In this document: positions 1-12,089 of the stretch, one piece after another
Layout: every line of letters begins with the position of its first letter
How positions within the stretch are numbered: the stretch's first letter is position 1
From: Malacoraja senta
Lineage: Eukaryota
Direction: 5' to 3'
Assembly: GCA_038087875.1 (NCBI GenBank)
Contig: CM075993.1
Coordinates: forward strand, 6,388,001-6,452,000
DNA: 64,000 bases
Notes under the pieces: model-generated
What the model was told of the DNA's origin: nothing
Databases searched by the model: none
What the model saw: the letters and a program-made list of their open reading frames with translations, nothing else
Position numbers and translations under genes: made by a program

Positions 1-55
1 TCGCTCCATAGATGCTGCTGCACCCGCTGAGTTTCTCCAGCATTTTTGTCTACCT
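1..55 (+). mobile_element. Penelope-like element terminal-repeat (pLTR) fragment
   Basis: GCTCCATAGATGCTGCTGCACCCGCTGAGTTTCTCCAGCATTTTTGTCTACC closely matches the sequence downstream of the GIY-YIG coding end at 21781-21830. Confidence 0.65.
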
Positions 56-287
56 TCAGGTGTTACTGTAGTTCTGTACAAGTGAAAAGCAGCTGCAGTT
101 CCATCCTTCGCCTTCGGGTGTCAGCATTGCTCCACCTTGGACTCTCTCCAGCTCTCGTTCCCAATATGGCAGTGTAGCCTTTCTGTTGCAGAGACACAGA
201 GTCTTACAGCATGGAAACAGGCCCTTCAGCCCAACCTGTCCATGCTGACCAAGATGCCCCGTCTGCCTTAGTCATGTTCATTCCTAG

Positions 288-750
288 CTGATCTATCTCA
301 CCCTCCTAACCCCATTCTCCTGCCTTCTCTCCATAACCCCTGACACCCGCACTAACCAAGAATCTATCTGTCTCTGCCTTAAAAATATCCACTGACTTGG
401 CCCCCACAGCCGTCCGTTGCAAAGAATTCCGCAATTCACCACCCTCTGACTAGAGAAATTCCTGCTCATCTCCTTCCCAAAGGAACGTCCTTTAATTCTG
501 AGGCTGTGACCTCTAGTCCTAGACTCTCCCACCAGTGGAAACATCCTCTCCACATCCACTCTATCCAGGCCTTTCACTATCCTGTGTCAATGAGGCCCCC
601 CCCTCATCCTTCTAAACTCCGGCGAGTACAGGCCCAGTGCCTTCAAATGCTCATCGTAGGTTAACCCACTTATTCCTGGGATCATTCTCGTAAACCTCCT
701 CTGGACCCTCTCCAGGGCCAGCACATCCTTCCTCAGATACAGGGCCCAAA
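288..750 (-). mobile_element. CR1/HER1 LINE 3' fragment
   Basis: Minus ORFs give KDVLALERVQRRFTRMIPG and MFPLVGESRTRGHSLRIKG, typical of the CR1 ORF2 C-terminus. Confidence 0.9.
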
Positions 751-1070
751 GAGTCCAATACGCCAAAAAGTCCCTCCTGCCCGCGCGCGTTTGGCCCATG
801 TCCTGTCTCGAACTTTCCTATCCACGTACCTGTCCCAATGTTGTTTAAATGCTGTGACAATACCTGCCTCAACTACCTCCTCTAGCTCCACATACCCGCC
901 ACCCTCTCTGTGAAAAAGTTGCCCCTCAGGTTCCCATTGAATCTTTACCCTCTCACTTTAAACTCTTGGTTCTTTTTTTCTTGGTTCGCGGTCTCTGGCT
1001 AAAAGACTCGGTGCATTCACACTATCTAATTCCCCTCATGATCTTAAACACCTCTATAAACTCCTATAAA

Positions 1071-1478
1071 GGTGCTGTCCGTACGGAGTTTGCACGTTCT
1101 CCCCGTGACCTGCGTGGGTTTTCTCTGAGATCTTCGGTTTCCGCCCACACTCCAAAGACGTTCAGGTATGTAGGTTAATTGGCTTGGTGTGTGTGTAAAA
1201 TTGTCCCGAGTGTGTGTAGGATAGTGTTAGGGGCCTGTCCCACCTGGGCGTCATTCGCCCGTCACGCAGGTGGCGCACGAAGATGTTGTGAATCCCATAA
1301 TACTGGGTGCCGTGCGCTGCCTACGTCACCACGCACCATGCGCGCGTCGTGTGTCGTGACGCATAAACGATGTTGCGTAAATGAAGCGCCCTTTAATGTG
1401 CGGGGATCGCTGGTCGGTGCGGACTTGGTGGGCCGAAGGGCCTGATTCCGTGCTGTATCTCTAAACTAAACTAAAACT
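1071..1478 (+). mobile_element. HE1-type V-SINE, 5'-truncated and interrupted by a MITE
   Basis: V-domain-like core GGAGTTTGCACGTTCTCCCCGTGACCTGCGTGGGTTTTC, CR1-like tail GGGCCGAAGGGCCTG and (CTAAA)n end. Confidence 0.85.
1230..1392. mobile_element. PIF/Harbinger MITE with partly deleted right TIR
   Basis: Starts GGGGCCTGTCCCAC, ends GCCCT; TTA on both sides (1227-1229, 1393-1395); splits the SINE at GTGTTA|ATGTGCGGGG. Confidence 0.8.
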
Positions 1479-1516
1479 GAACTAGCTTGCCGAACATCTC
1501 TCCAGGGATGATATAG

Positions 1517-2380
1517 TGTGTGTGGCGGAGCCTAATGGCAGCGGCTCAACTGCAGTCCGTTTGTCTTTTTTTAATTTTTGTCTCGTTAAATGTAGTTGTT
1601 TGTGGGTTTTTTTATACTGTTTTTAATTGTGTATATGTGGGGGGTGGGGGGGGAGGGGGAAACTTAAAAAAATCTCTTCCCTGTATGGGAGACCCGACAT
1701 TTTCCCTGTCGGGTCTCCGTTGTCGTTGGGGCCTAGCTCCGTGGAGCTGCCTCCGACCGGGACGACCTGGGGGCTCCAGTCGCGGAGCCTGCGGAGCTGC
1801 GGACTTACCATCGTGGGGCTGGCCGTCCTCGGAGCGTGGGGAGCGGTGGTGGCTCGCTGCTGCGGCCCGACTCCGGAGCTCAAGCTGCAGACCGGTGGAC
1901 AGTGATATCGGGAGCTCGCGGGTCCGGGTGAGAGACCGCTTTACGGAGCTCCCGCAACGCAACTTCTCCCGCCCGTGTCGCGGGGTTGGAACGACCCGGA
2001 GCGGGGCCGTAAATCGCCCAGCGCGGCTTTAATGGCCGCGGGACATTCCAGCGGCCGCCGGGGGCTCCAACTTTGTGACTTTTGGGCCCGGAGCGAGGAA
2101 GTACACCGCCCGGCGCGGCCTCAACGGCCGTGGGACTTGACATTGCCCGCCTGGGGCTTCAACATCGGGAGAAAAATGGTGCAGGGGAGAGAAAAGACTT
2201 TGCCTTCCATCACAGTGAGGAGGAGATTCACTGTGATGGATGTTTTTCTGTAACTTGAATTGTTTGTGTGTCGTGTAGGAATTGTTTTGTTTGTATGGCT
2301 GTGGAAACGGAGTTTCGTTTGAGCCTCTTTGAGGTTCAAATAACAAGAATAAAATCTAATCTAATCTAATCTAATCTAAT
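1517..2380 (+). mobile_element. GC-rich non-autonomous retroelement, copy A
   Basis: T-rich segment, G-run ending GGGGAAACT, CpG-rich core, AATAAA then (ATCTA)n tail; possible 6-bp TSD ATATAG (1511-1516, 2379-2384). Confidence 0.6.
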
Positions 2381-2811
2381 ATAGCCGGGATGTTACTTCC
2401 AGTAATGTTTGTGCCAGGCCCAGAAATGAACATTGTTGCAATTAAACATCGCTCAGATCCTCACTAATTGCAGCATCTCTCCAATCCCCTGCGATCGCCA
2501 GCAAGGAAATGACTGCTGTAAGTATTCCCAGCCAACCTGCCACTGGTTCTTAATTGATTGAAAGAAAGGTTGGAGTCAGGCCCTTCGACCCACCGAGTCC
2601 ACGATGACCATCGATCACCCGCTCACACCAGTTCTAAGTTATCCCACTTTCTCATCCACTCCCTACACATTAGGGGCCATAGACTGCAGGCCGCATATCT
2701 TTGGGAAACCCGCATGGTCACAGGGAGAACGTGCAAACTCCACATAGACTGCACCTGAGGTCGGGATTGAACCTGGGTCTCTGGTGCTGTGAGACAGCGG
2801 CTCTACCCTAC

Positions 2812-3218
2812 ACCAGAGACCCGGGTTCGTTCCTGACTACGGTCGCCGTCTGTATGGTGTTTGCACGTTCTCCCTGTGACCGCGTGGGTTTTCTCTGGGT
2901 GCTCCGGTTTCCTCCCACACTCCAAAGACGCACAGGTTTGTTGGTTAATTGGCTTCGGTAAAGATTGTAAATTGTCCCTGGTGTGTGTAGGATAGTGTTA
3001 GTGTGCGGGGATCGCTGGTCGGTGCGGACTCGGTGGGCCGAAGGGCCTGTTTCCACGCTGTATCTCTAAACTAAACCCAACTCAACTCAACTCAACTCAA
3101 CTCAACTCACTCCAACCCAACTTAACTTAACTTAACTTAACCTAACTTTACCTAACTTAACCTAACTTAACCAAACCAAACCAAACCTAAGTTAACTTAG
3201 CTAAACTAAACTAAACTA
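2812..3218 (+). mobile_element. HE1-type SINE with expanded composite pentamer tail
   Basis: SINE body to ~3070, then (CTCAA)n, (CTTAA)n, (CCAAA)n, (CTAAA)n. Confidence 0.85.
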
Positions 3219-3397
3219 GACAATGGTGGTGGGGCCCCAGTTTGCTGCTGAGTTATATAATCCAGTTGGGATAAGGTTAAATTGCTTGTGGCTTTTTCCA
3301 GATGGAATGAGATATTCTTGGGCGTTTTGCTTTGCCGGCTCAGCCCAATCCTCATGGAGTTGCTGGTTGGGCAGCGATGGATCTGAGCTCAGCGCAT

Positions 3398-3645
3398 GGG
3401 AAGGAACTGCAGATGCGTGCGTGGGAAGGAACTGCAGATGCTGGGATTACATCGACGGTAGACACAAAATGCTGGAGTAACTCAGCTGGAGAGGCAGCAT
3501 CTCTGGAGAGAAGGAATGGGTGACGTTTCGAGTCAAGACCCTCCACAGATGCTGCCTGGTCCCGTTCCAAAACGTCACCCGTCCCTTCTCTCCGGAGATG
3601 CTGCCCGTCCCGCTGAGTTACTCCAGCATTTTTTGACCATCTTTG
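3398..3645. mobile_element. Inverted (fold-back) Penelope pLTR unit
   Basis: AAAATGCTGGAGTAACTCAGC...GGGTGACGTTTCG mirrored by AAACGTCACCC...GCTGAGTTACTCCAGCATTTT. Confidence 0.7.
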
Positions 3646-3757
3646 ACCTGAGCTCCATGTTCAGCAGGTGGTTTGTGGACAGAGTCGGGCTTGTGGGTGA
3701 GGTCCACTCTGCGGACAAGTGTTCTGGCCCGGGGGAGGGTGGGTTGGATCAGATGCA

Positions 3758-4062
3758 CGGGCGGTCACGGTGACGCAGCGGTAGAGTTGCTGCGTTACAG
3801 CGAATGCAGCGCCGGAGACCCGGGTCCGATCCCGACTGCGGGTGCTGTCTGTACGGAGTTTGTACGTCCTCCCCGTGACCTGCGTGGGTTTTCTCCAAGA
3901 TCTTCGGTTTCCTCCCACACTCCAAAGACGTACAGGTTTGTAGGCTAATTGGCTTGGTAAATGTCAAAATTGTCCCTAGTGTGAGGTGGATGGTGTTAAT
4001 GTGCGGCACGGACCCGGTGGGCCGAAGGGCCGGTTTCCGCTCTGTAACTCTAAACTTAACTA
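3758..4062 (+). mobile_element. HE1-type SINE, full length
   Basis: tRNA-like head with degenerate A/B boxes (GGTGACGCAGCGG, GGTCCGATCCC), V-domain core and CR1-like tail. Confidence 0.85.
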
Positions 4063-4317
4063 AAAAAGACTTATTGCGATCAGATTTCCTGCAGTGCTGT
4101 CAACAAATGGGGACTTGCCAAAGGGTGGGGATGAGGTTAACCTAGACTGGGACAATGAGGGGAGGGTGCGGACTGAAAGAGGCTGTCATTGCCACAGATG
4201 TCTCTCCCTGACATCATATCTTTCCTACTCCCTCAGCCACAGGACCACCATTTACTGCCACTCCCTCGATGTCTTTAGCTCTGATGATGTCAATGGGATA
4301 AAGTCTGTGGAGATTTT

Positions 4318-4605
4318 CTAGTTTAGTTGAGAGATACAGCATGGAAACAGGCCCTTCGGCCCACCAAGACCGCGCCGACCAGCGATCCCCGCACACTGAC
4401 ACTATCCCACACACATTAGGAACAATTTACAATTATACCGAGGCCAATCAACCTACAAATCTGTACGCCTTTGGAGTGTGGGAGGAAACGAGAAAACCCA
4501 CGCAGGTCACGGGGAGAACGTACAAACTCCGTACAGACAGCCCCCGTAGTCAGGATCGAACCCGGGGCTCTGGCGCTGTGAGGCAGCAACTCCACCGTGC
4601 CGCCC
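4318..4605 (-). mobile_element. HE1-type SINE
   Basis: Reverse complement of the SINE consensus seen elsewhere in the window; paralog at ~11185-11472. Confidence 0.85.
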
Positions 4606-5539
4606 TGTCATTGGGAAGGAGGTGGCCAACTGCCTAGTTAGAACATACTTTAGTTTAGTAGATTATTGGCAATTGTAGCAAGGTACAATTAAAAACCTTT
4701 TGTTGTGTGCTGTCCATTCAGCAAAAAGATTATATATGATTACAATCAAGCTGCCCACAGCGTACAGATACAGGATAAAGGGTTTAATGTTTAGAGCAAG
4801 ATAAAGTCCAGTAAAGATAGGCCGAGGGTCTCCAATGAGGTAGATGTTAGCTCAGGGACACTCTCCAGTTGGTGGTAGGATGGTTCAGTTGCCAGATAAC
4901 TGCTGGGAACAACTGTCCCTGAATCTGGAGGTGTGTGTGTTTCCATACTTCTGTACCTCTTGTCTGATGGGAGAGGGGAGAAGAGGGAGTGGCCGAGGGT
5001 GAGACTGGTCCGTGATTATGCTGCTGGCCTTGCCGAGGCAGCGTGAGAAAATAGACAATAGGTGCAGGAGTAGGCCATTCGGCCCTTCGAGCCAGCACCG
5101 CCATTCAATGTGATCATGGCTAATCATCCCCGATCAGTACCCCGTTCCTGCCTTCTCCCCATATCCCCTGACTCCGCTATCTTTAAGAATCCTATCTTGC
5201 TCTGTCTTGAAAGTATCCAGAGAACCTGTGGATGGTATGGTGTAAGGCAAGATAGGGTTAAGGGCTTGATTCCGTGCTCTATGCATCTGTGATCCTTCTA
5301 CAAGAGTTTACCCATTATTTGTGGAGTTTCCTTAAGATCTTTATATGGTTTCCACTGATTGATTCTGTTGAGTGATGGCTCGTTGTTATTTTCAAGGCTT
5401 AATTGATGCATTAAGCCAAGCCAACCATTAATTGTTGAAACCCAAGTGCAGGAGCCATTTATGTTTATCAATAATTGTTGGCATATCATATTATTTTGTC
5501 TAGATATATCTTGCAGTATTATTTTGGACACTTGGGGGC

Positions 5540-6278
5540 AATAGACAATAGACAATAGGTGCAGGAGTAGGCCATTCGGCCCTTCGAGCCAGCACCGCCA
5601 TTCAATGTGATCATGGCTGATTATCCCAATCAGTACCCCGTTCCTGCCTTCTCCCCATATCCCCTGACTCCGCTATCTTTAAGAGCCTTATATAGTTCTC
5701 TCTTGAAATTATCCAGAGAACCGGCCTCCCTCTGAGGCAGAGAATTCCACAGACTCACAATTCTCTGTGAGAAAAAGTGTTTCCTCGTCTCTGTTCTAAA
5801 TGGCTTACTCCTTATTCTTAAACCGTGGCCCCTGGTTCTGGACTCCCCCAACATCGGGAACATGTTTCCTGCCTCTAGCGTGTCCAAACCCTTAATAATC
5901 TTATATGTTTCAATGAGATTCCCTCTCATCCTTCTAAACTCCAGAGTGTACAAGCCCAGCTGCTCCATTCTCTCAGCATATGACTGTCCCGCCATCCCGG
6001 GAATTAACCTTGTAAACCTGCGCTGCACTCCCTCAATAGAAAGAATGTCCTTCCTCAAATTAGGGGACCAAAACTGCACACAATACTCCAGGTGTGGTCT
6101 CACTAGGGCTCTGTACATCTGCAGAAGGACCTCTTTGCTCCTATACTCAACTCCTCTTGTTATAAAGGCCAACATGTCATTCACTTTCTTCACTGCCTGC
6201 TGTACCTGCATGTTTACTTTCATAGACTGATGAACAAGGACCCCTAGATCCCGTTGTACTTCCCCTTTTCCCAACTTG
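5540..6278 (-). mobile_element. CR1 LINE, 5'-truncated
   Basis: ORF 5630..6274 with YRALVRPHLEYCVQFWSP; (CTATTGT)n tail; ACTTGGGG-type TSD at ~5530 and ~6279. Confidence 0.92.
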
Positions 6279-6282
6279 ACTT

Positions 6283-6438
6283 GGGGCGGTCATTAGATGC
6301 ACTGGGTGGTGTATATATATAAGGGCACAGGGGACAGGAAGTGACAGGCACAGGGAGGGAGAGCGTCCAGTTCTCACCAGACCAGGGACAGAGCAGCCAG
6401 CTACAACTTGCATGCAGAATAAGGAAAACCTGGTACGT
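6283..6438 (+). promoter_or_regulatory. Putative Pol II core promoter with short first exon, copy 1
   Basis: GGGGCGG 6283, TATATATAAG ~6314-6323, CAGGAAGT 6335, splice donor CTG|GTACGT at 6432/6433. Confidence 0.4.
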
Positions 6439-7056
6439 TCATCTCTTTGTTTGTACAACTACTTCTATAGACGACCAACTAAACTGGAAATAACGACAGG
6501 AAGATGTGTTCTATTGGGTCCGTGTAAGATTAGAGAGAGAGATTCCTTTATTTGTCATTCAGACCTTTCGGTCTGAACGAAATTTCGTTGATCACCTCTA
6601 CTGTACCTGTGCAGTAATGGCAAGTGGAAAAGAGGACACAGGAAAAGTTGGAAATTTTCCATTACACCGTGCACATTGATCCATGCACGAGGGCGGCACG
6701 GTGGCACAGCGCTGGCTAAGCGTAATTCTCTTGCGCTAAGCGTAATTCACGTTATCCTGGACCTGTACACTGTGGACGGCGTGATTGCAATCATGTACAG
6801 CATAGTATTTCTGCTGACTGGATAGCACGCATGACAAAATAACTTTTCACTGTACCTCGATACACGTGACAATAAACTCAACTAAACTGAACTTTTGTCC
6901 GACTCACCCATGCCAAGCAGGGTTTAATATTCACCTAATTTCACTGGTCTTTGTTTGGCTCATGTCCCATCCATGTACCTGTCTAAATGTATTTTAAACA
7001 TCTGCCTAGCACCTGCCTCTCCAGCTTCCACTGATAGCTTGTTCCAGTTTGCCACC

Positions 7057-7400
<344 letters not shown>

Positions 7401-8068
7401 GAGATGGATTTGAACGAACCTTTCTATCCCAGGGTGTGATGTGTCCAACGTCCCCATGTAGGGGGTGACGTCATGTGAAAATCTCAAGGGAAACTGTCCT
7501 TGAGCAGTTCCTCCACTTTAACTGCACAAATGAGCTGGGAAATGACAGGGAATGAGTATAATCGCCGCCAGGAATATTAGCCTTCCGCAGGAGATGAGTT
7601 TCTGCAAATACAATGAATGGGAAACACTGAGGATGCAAATTAAAAAATATTTAATCATGAAAAATACAGGAAGTTTTTAAAGAAGTATGAGAGGAATTAC
7701 TGAGAGTTGTGGATGCAGCCCTGACCAATCTCCCTCCATCTACACCTCGCGCTGCCTCGGCAAGGCCGGCAGCATAATCAAGGACCAGTCTCACCCCGGT
7801 CACTCCCTCTTCTCCCATCTCTCCCATCAGACAAGAGGTACAGAAATGTGGAAACACACACACCTCCAGAATCAGGAACAGTTTCTTCCCAGCTGTTATC
7901 AGGCAACTGAACCATCCTATCACCAACTGGAGAGCGGTCCTGAGCTACTATCTACCCTATGGCCTGTTGTCCTGGCACCTGTTTTAAGTAGGCTGACAGC
8001 GCACGTCTGGCAGTATTGATGGCGCTGTAGCTCAATCCTTCATTATGGTGAAGGCCCCCAGGAACTTT

Positions 8069-10785
8069 AATAGTAAGATTAAATGAGAACTTACCAGTTT
8101 GAAGTTTGATCTTTATTTTATGAGGAGTAACGTTGAGGGATTACGTGAAGAACCCGTCAGGGCGCATGCGCGACAATCTTCAAAGCAGTGGTGTGAAATC
8201 ACAGATTACGGTAGTCAAATTAACATAGTGTAAGATAAGAGAACTAGAATACCAGCTGACCTTATAATAGAGGTTGGGCGTGGAGGGCACGTAATCCCTC
8301 AATGTTACTCCTCATAAAATAAAGATCAAACTTCAAACTGGTAAGTTCTCGTTTAATCTTATTATTTTACTTCGGAGTCACGTGAGTGACTACGTGAAGA
8401 TTTTGAAGCTCTGTGATTTCATGCCGTGGAAACGAGTCCATGCATCACACACTGCATCAGTTGACTACTGATGAGTGATCATTAATAATGCATTCAGACA
8501 TGACTTACATATAGACATGTTGATGCTTTTAATGAACAAACAATGATAATAGTAACCTCACTCAACCGAGAGGGAACTATGAAACAGAACTAGCATAGAG
8601 TTGGCAAATACCCCCAATCTGGTAATGGGTTGTTATAAATGATTGGAAAGATCGTTAGTTTGACCATCCTGCAGTCGCTAGGATGTGGTCCCGCTAACGT
8701 CCATACCCTGCTGCTGTGGTAGTTGCAGCCCTGGTGGAGTGAGACTTGAATATTAGTGTTCACTCCTGTATAAGCCAGCCCCTTTATAACCACCTGGAGA
8801 TGGTCTGTAGTGATACCTTCTTACGAGGCTAATGTAACTAACAATATTGCTAGTTCAGAGTCTTTAATGCTCTAGTGACCTACATTCTGGTGTAGATGTG
8901 TGACTACACACAACCAAAGGTCCATGAGATATATGAACAATCTAGTTAGACCTGATGCCCCTGGTCTATTCTGCTTGACTAAGTCATAAACATAATGTTA
9001 TTTAGCCCGCAGATATTATCATCGTGTCCAGTCACTGCTAATGCCATGTCTGGACCCGTTGTGCTGAACTCAGTGCCATGGGCATAACCACTTGTAGGCG
9101 AGTTTGACCAAGGACAGGGATGTAGCTGGAGCCCACCGACGAACAATGTGGCACAATGTTAACATCCTATATCTCTGCGTACCCAGGCCTGGGAGGTTTA
9201 GAGTTGAAGATACCCTTCATTACCTGAATCCCAGAGGGTGAGACCCAACAGAGTGGATTCTGTTCCCCGCAGCCAGCATGATGAGAAGGCACTTTAGGCA
9301 CAGTAAATAGCACTTTAACTTGATAATTGTCAACCCTTCAAGCCGTCAGTCATCCGTGCCGAGCTGAATGTAACATAACATAAAACAAATACCTCCCATC
9401 TCCTTATGAGGAGATACTGCTGTTTGGTGCTATCCCTGCATCTGCAGTGAGCACGTCCAAGGTATGGTTTGACAACCTGAGCCGCAGGAATGGCCTTCGC
9501 AGAGTCTGTAATCAAAGCATAGGTTATATCCTGCAAAGGATGGTTCCCCGAGTCACGGTAAAACCAGCAAATTTTATGTCCAGAATTAACCACATAAGGC
9601 TCTGTCATCATTCCCCACATCAGTGGGAACCATGGCTGTGGAAGCCAGGCAGGCACTATGAAAATACCTGAAGCGGGAGCTTGCTGAATTTGCAAGACCC
9701 GTCTGATGAGGCAAAATGGAGGAAGACATTCCTCCCCAGTGTAGCGAGAATACATCCATCGCCATTGATATGCCACATATATTACAACTGGTGATTGAGC
9801 CTGGATGCAGATATTTCGATCTTCAGCGTTTCATCGAGCCACAATATCATTAAACACTTAGCGATCCAACATCAATTTTGTATTGACAATTGATGATATA
9901 CCAGTGCTAGATGAGGTTAGGTAAATTATCACCGGATACTTTGACTGATTATACCCATGTGATCAACATATACCTCCACCAAACTGAATCAACTTGGACT
10001 TAAGCATGCACCCCTTAATCCACAGAATGCACCTGTTGTCTGTAAGTAGTTGATACCATATAACTGAACATTTGGTAACTCATGCAAATCCCATCCGTCT
10101 CCGTAATTTAGAGCTGATATTAGTAATTTTCCATCTTTGAGCAATAGCATCAGTTTGTAATTAACTGAAGATAATTGATGAAAAGTTAATGGAGCAATGC
10201 TGAATATTATTCGTCCATCATGGTGACTTTGATAGTTTCAGCCGGGAATAGGAAAGGTCTGGTAACTATGGTACTTGAGAATTGATTCCAATCTCTTGCC
10301 TCAGGGCGGAGTCCCAGACAATTTCAGTTGGTATCAACGTAAATTTAACTTAAATTTAACTGGATGGATGAGAACTCAATTCCAGCTAAATTTTGAAATA
10401 CCTCTGGTGCCTTGTGAATGGAAACTGATCCCATGGTAGATAACAGTCACGAAGTTCCCTATTCAGAAATGTCTATACTGCACAAGCGAGTTGTACCTGT
10501 TAACAATGAACAGGCCTCATAGCCACAATTGCGATTCTGCCTAAAAAGGCAATGCCAACCATGTTTTCGAGAACTCTGGTGCTTGAATGCTGTGCAGTAT
10601 AAACTAATCTGATCTGTAGAAACCCAAGTGTAAATATTACCAACTAGTATCCGTAATCGGAAGCTTCTCCTTCATACTCCAAATGGGAGGACTTATGCAA
10701 CCTGAACCAGGAGCTGCCTCAACCAGCTTCATCCTTCTTAATCAGCTTCATCCTTCATACATCAGAATGTTAGGACTTATGCAAT
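8069..10785 (-). mobile_element. DIRS1-type tyrosine-recombinase retrotransposon, 5'-truncated and degenerate
   Basis: Minus-strand peptides LPPFCLIRRVL...GIFIVPAWLPQPWFP (DIRS region following RNase H), KSHSTRAATT at ~8715-8748 (YR box II), DLVKQNRPG; 79-bp terminal segment 8069-8147 inverted at 8288-8366 (ICR arrangement). Confidence 0.85.
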
Positions 10786-12089
10786 CTCCAAAGACGTACA
10801 TGTTTGTAGGCTAATTGGCTTGGTAAATGTCAAAATTGTCCCTAGTGTGAGGTGGATGGTGTTAATGTGCGGCGCGGACCCGGTGGGCCGAAGGGCCGGT
10901 TTCCGCTCTGTAACTCTAAACTTAACTAAAAGAGACTTATTGCGATCAGATTTCCTGCAGTGCTGTCAACAAATGGGGACTTGCCAAAGGGTGGGGATGA
11001 GGTTAACCTAGACTGGGACAATGAGGGGAGGGTGCGGACTGAAAGAGGCTGTCATTGCCACAGATGTCTCTCCCTGACATCATATCTTTCCTACTCCCTC
11101 AGCCACAGGACCACCATTTACTGCCACTCCCTCGATGTCTTTAGCTCTGATGATGTCAATGGGATATAAATTGTGGAGATTTTCTAGTTTAGTTGAGAGA
11201 TACAGCGTGGAATTAGGCCCTTCGGCCCACCGAGACCGCGCCGACCAGCGATCCCCGCACACTGACACTATCCCACACACATTAGGAACAATTTACAATT
11301 ATACCGAGGCCAATCAACCTACAAATCTGTACGCCTTTGGAGTGTGGGAGGACACTGGAGAAAACCCACGCAGGTCACGGGGAGAACGTACAAACTCCGT
11401 ACAGACAGCACCCATAGTCAGGATCGAACCCGGGGCTCTGGCGCTGTGAGGCAGCAACTCCACCGCGCCGCCCTGTCATTGGGAAGGAGGTGGCCAACTG
11501 CCTAGTTAGAACATACTTTAGTTTAGTAGATTATTGGCAAGTGTAGCAAGGTACAATTAAAAACCTTTTGTTGCGTGCTGTCCATTCAGCAAAAAGATTA
11601 TATATGATTACAATCAAGCTGCCCACAGTGTACAGATACAGGATAAAGGGTTTAATGTTTAGAGCAAGATAAAGTCCAGTAAAGATAGGCCGAGGGTCTC
11701 CAATGAGGTAGATGTTAGCTCAGGGACACTCTCCAGTTGGTGGTAGGATGGTTCAGTTGCCAGATAACTGCTGGGAACAACTGTCCCTGAATCTGGAGGT
11801 GTGTGTGTTTCCATACTTCTGTACCTCTTGTCTGATGGGAGAGGGGAGGAGAGGGAGTGGCCGAGGGTGAGACTGGTCCGTGATTATGCTGCTGGCCTTG
11901 CTGAGGCAGCGTGAGACAATAGACAATAAGTGCAGTAGGCCATTCGGCCCTTCGAGCCAGCACTGCCATTCAATGTGATCATGGCTGATCATCCCCAATC
12001 AGTACCCCGTTCCTGCCTTCTCCCCATATCCCCTGACTCCGCTATCTTTAAGAGCCCTATCTAGCTCTCTCTTGAAAGTATCCAGAGAA

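Noticed and set aside
57..200. Possible minus-strand exon after TCTGTGTCTCTGCAACAG
   Set aside because: All three frames stop, no recognisable peptide, and the apparent donor belongs to the Penelope repeat
1520..2346. CpG island with overlapping ORFs as a host gene start
   Set aside because: Same architecture recurs twice more with retroposon tails; the ORFs resemble no protein I recognise
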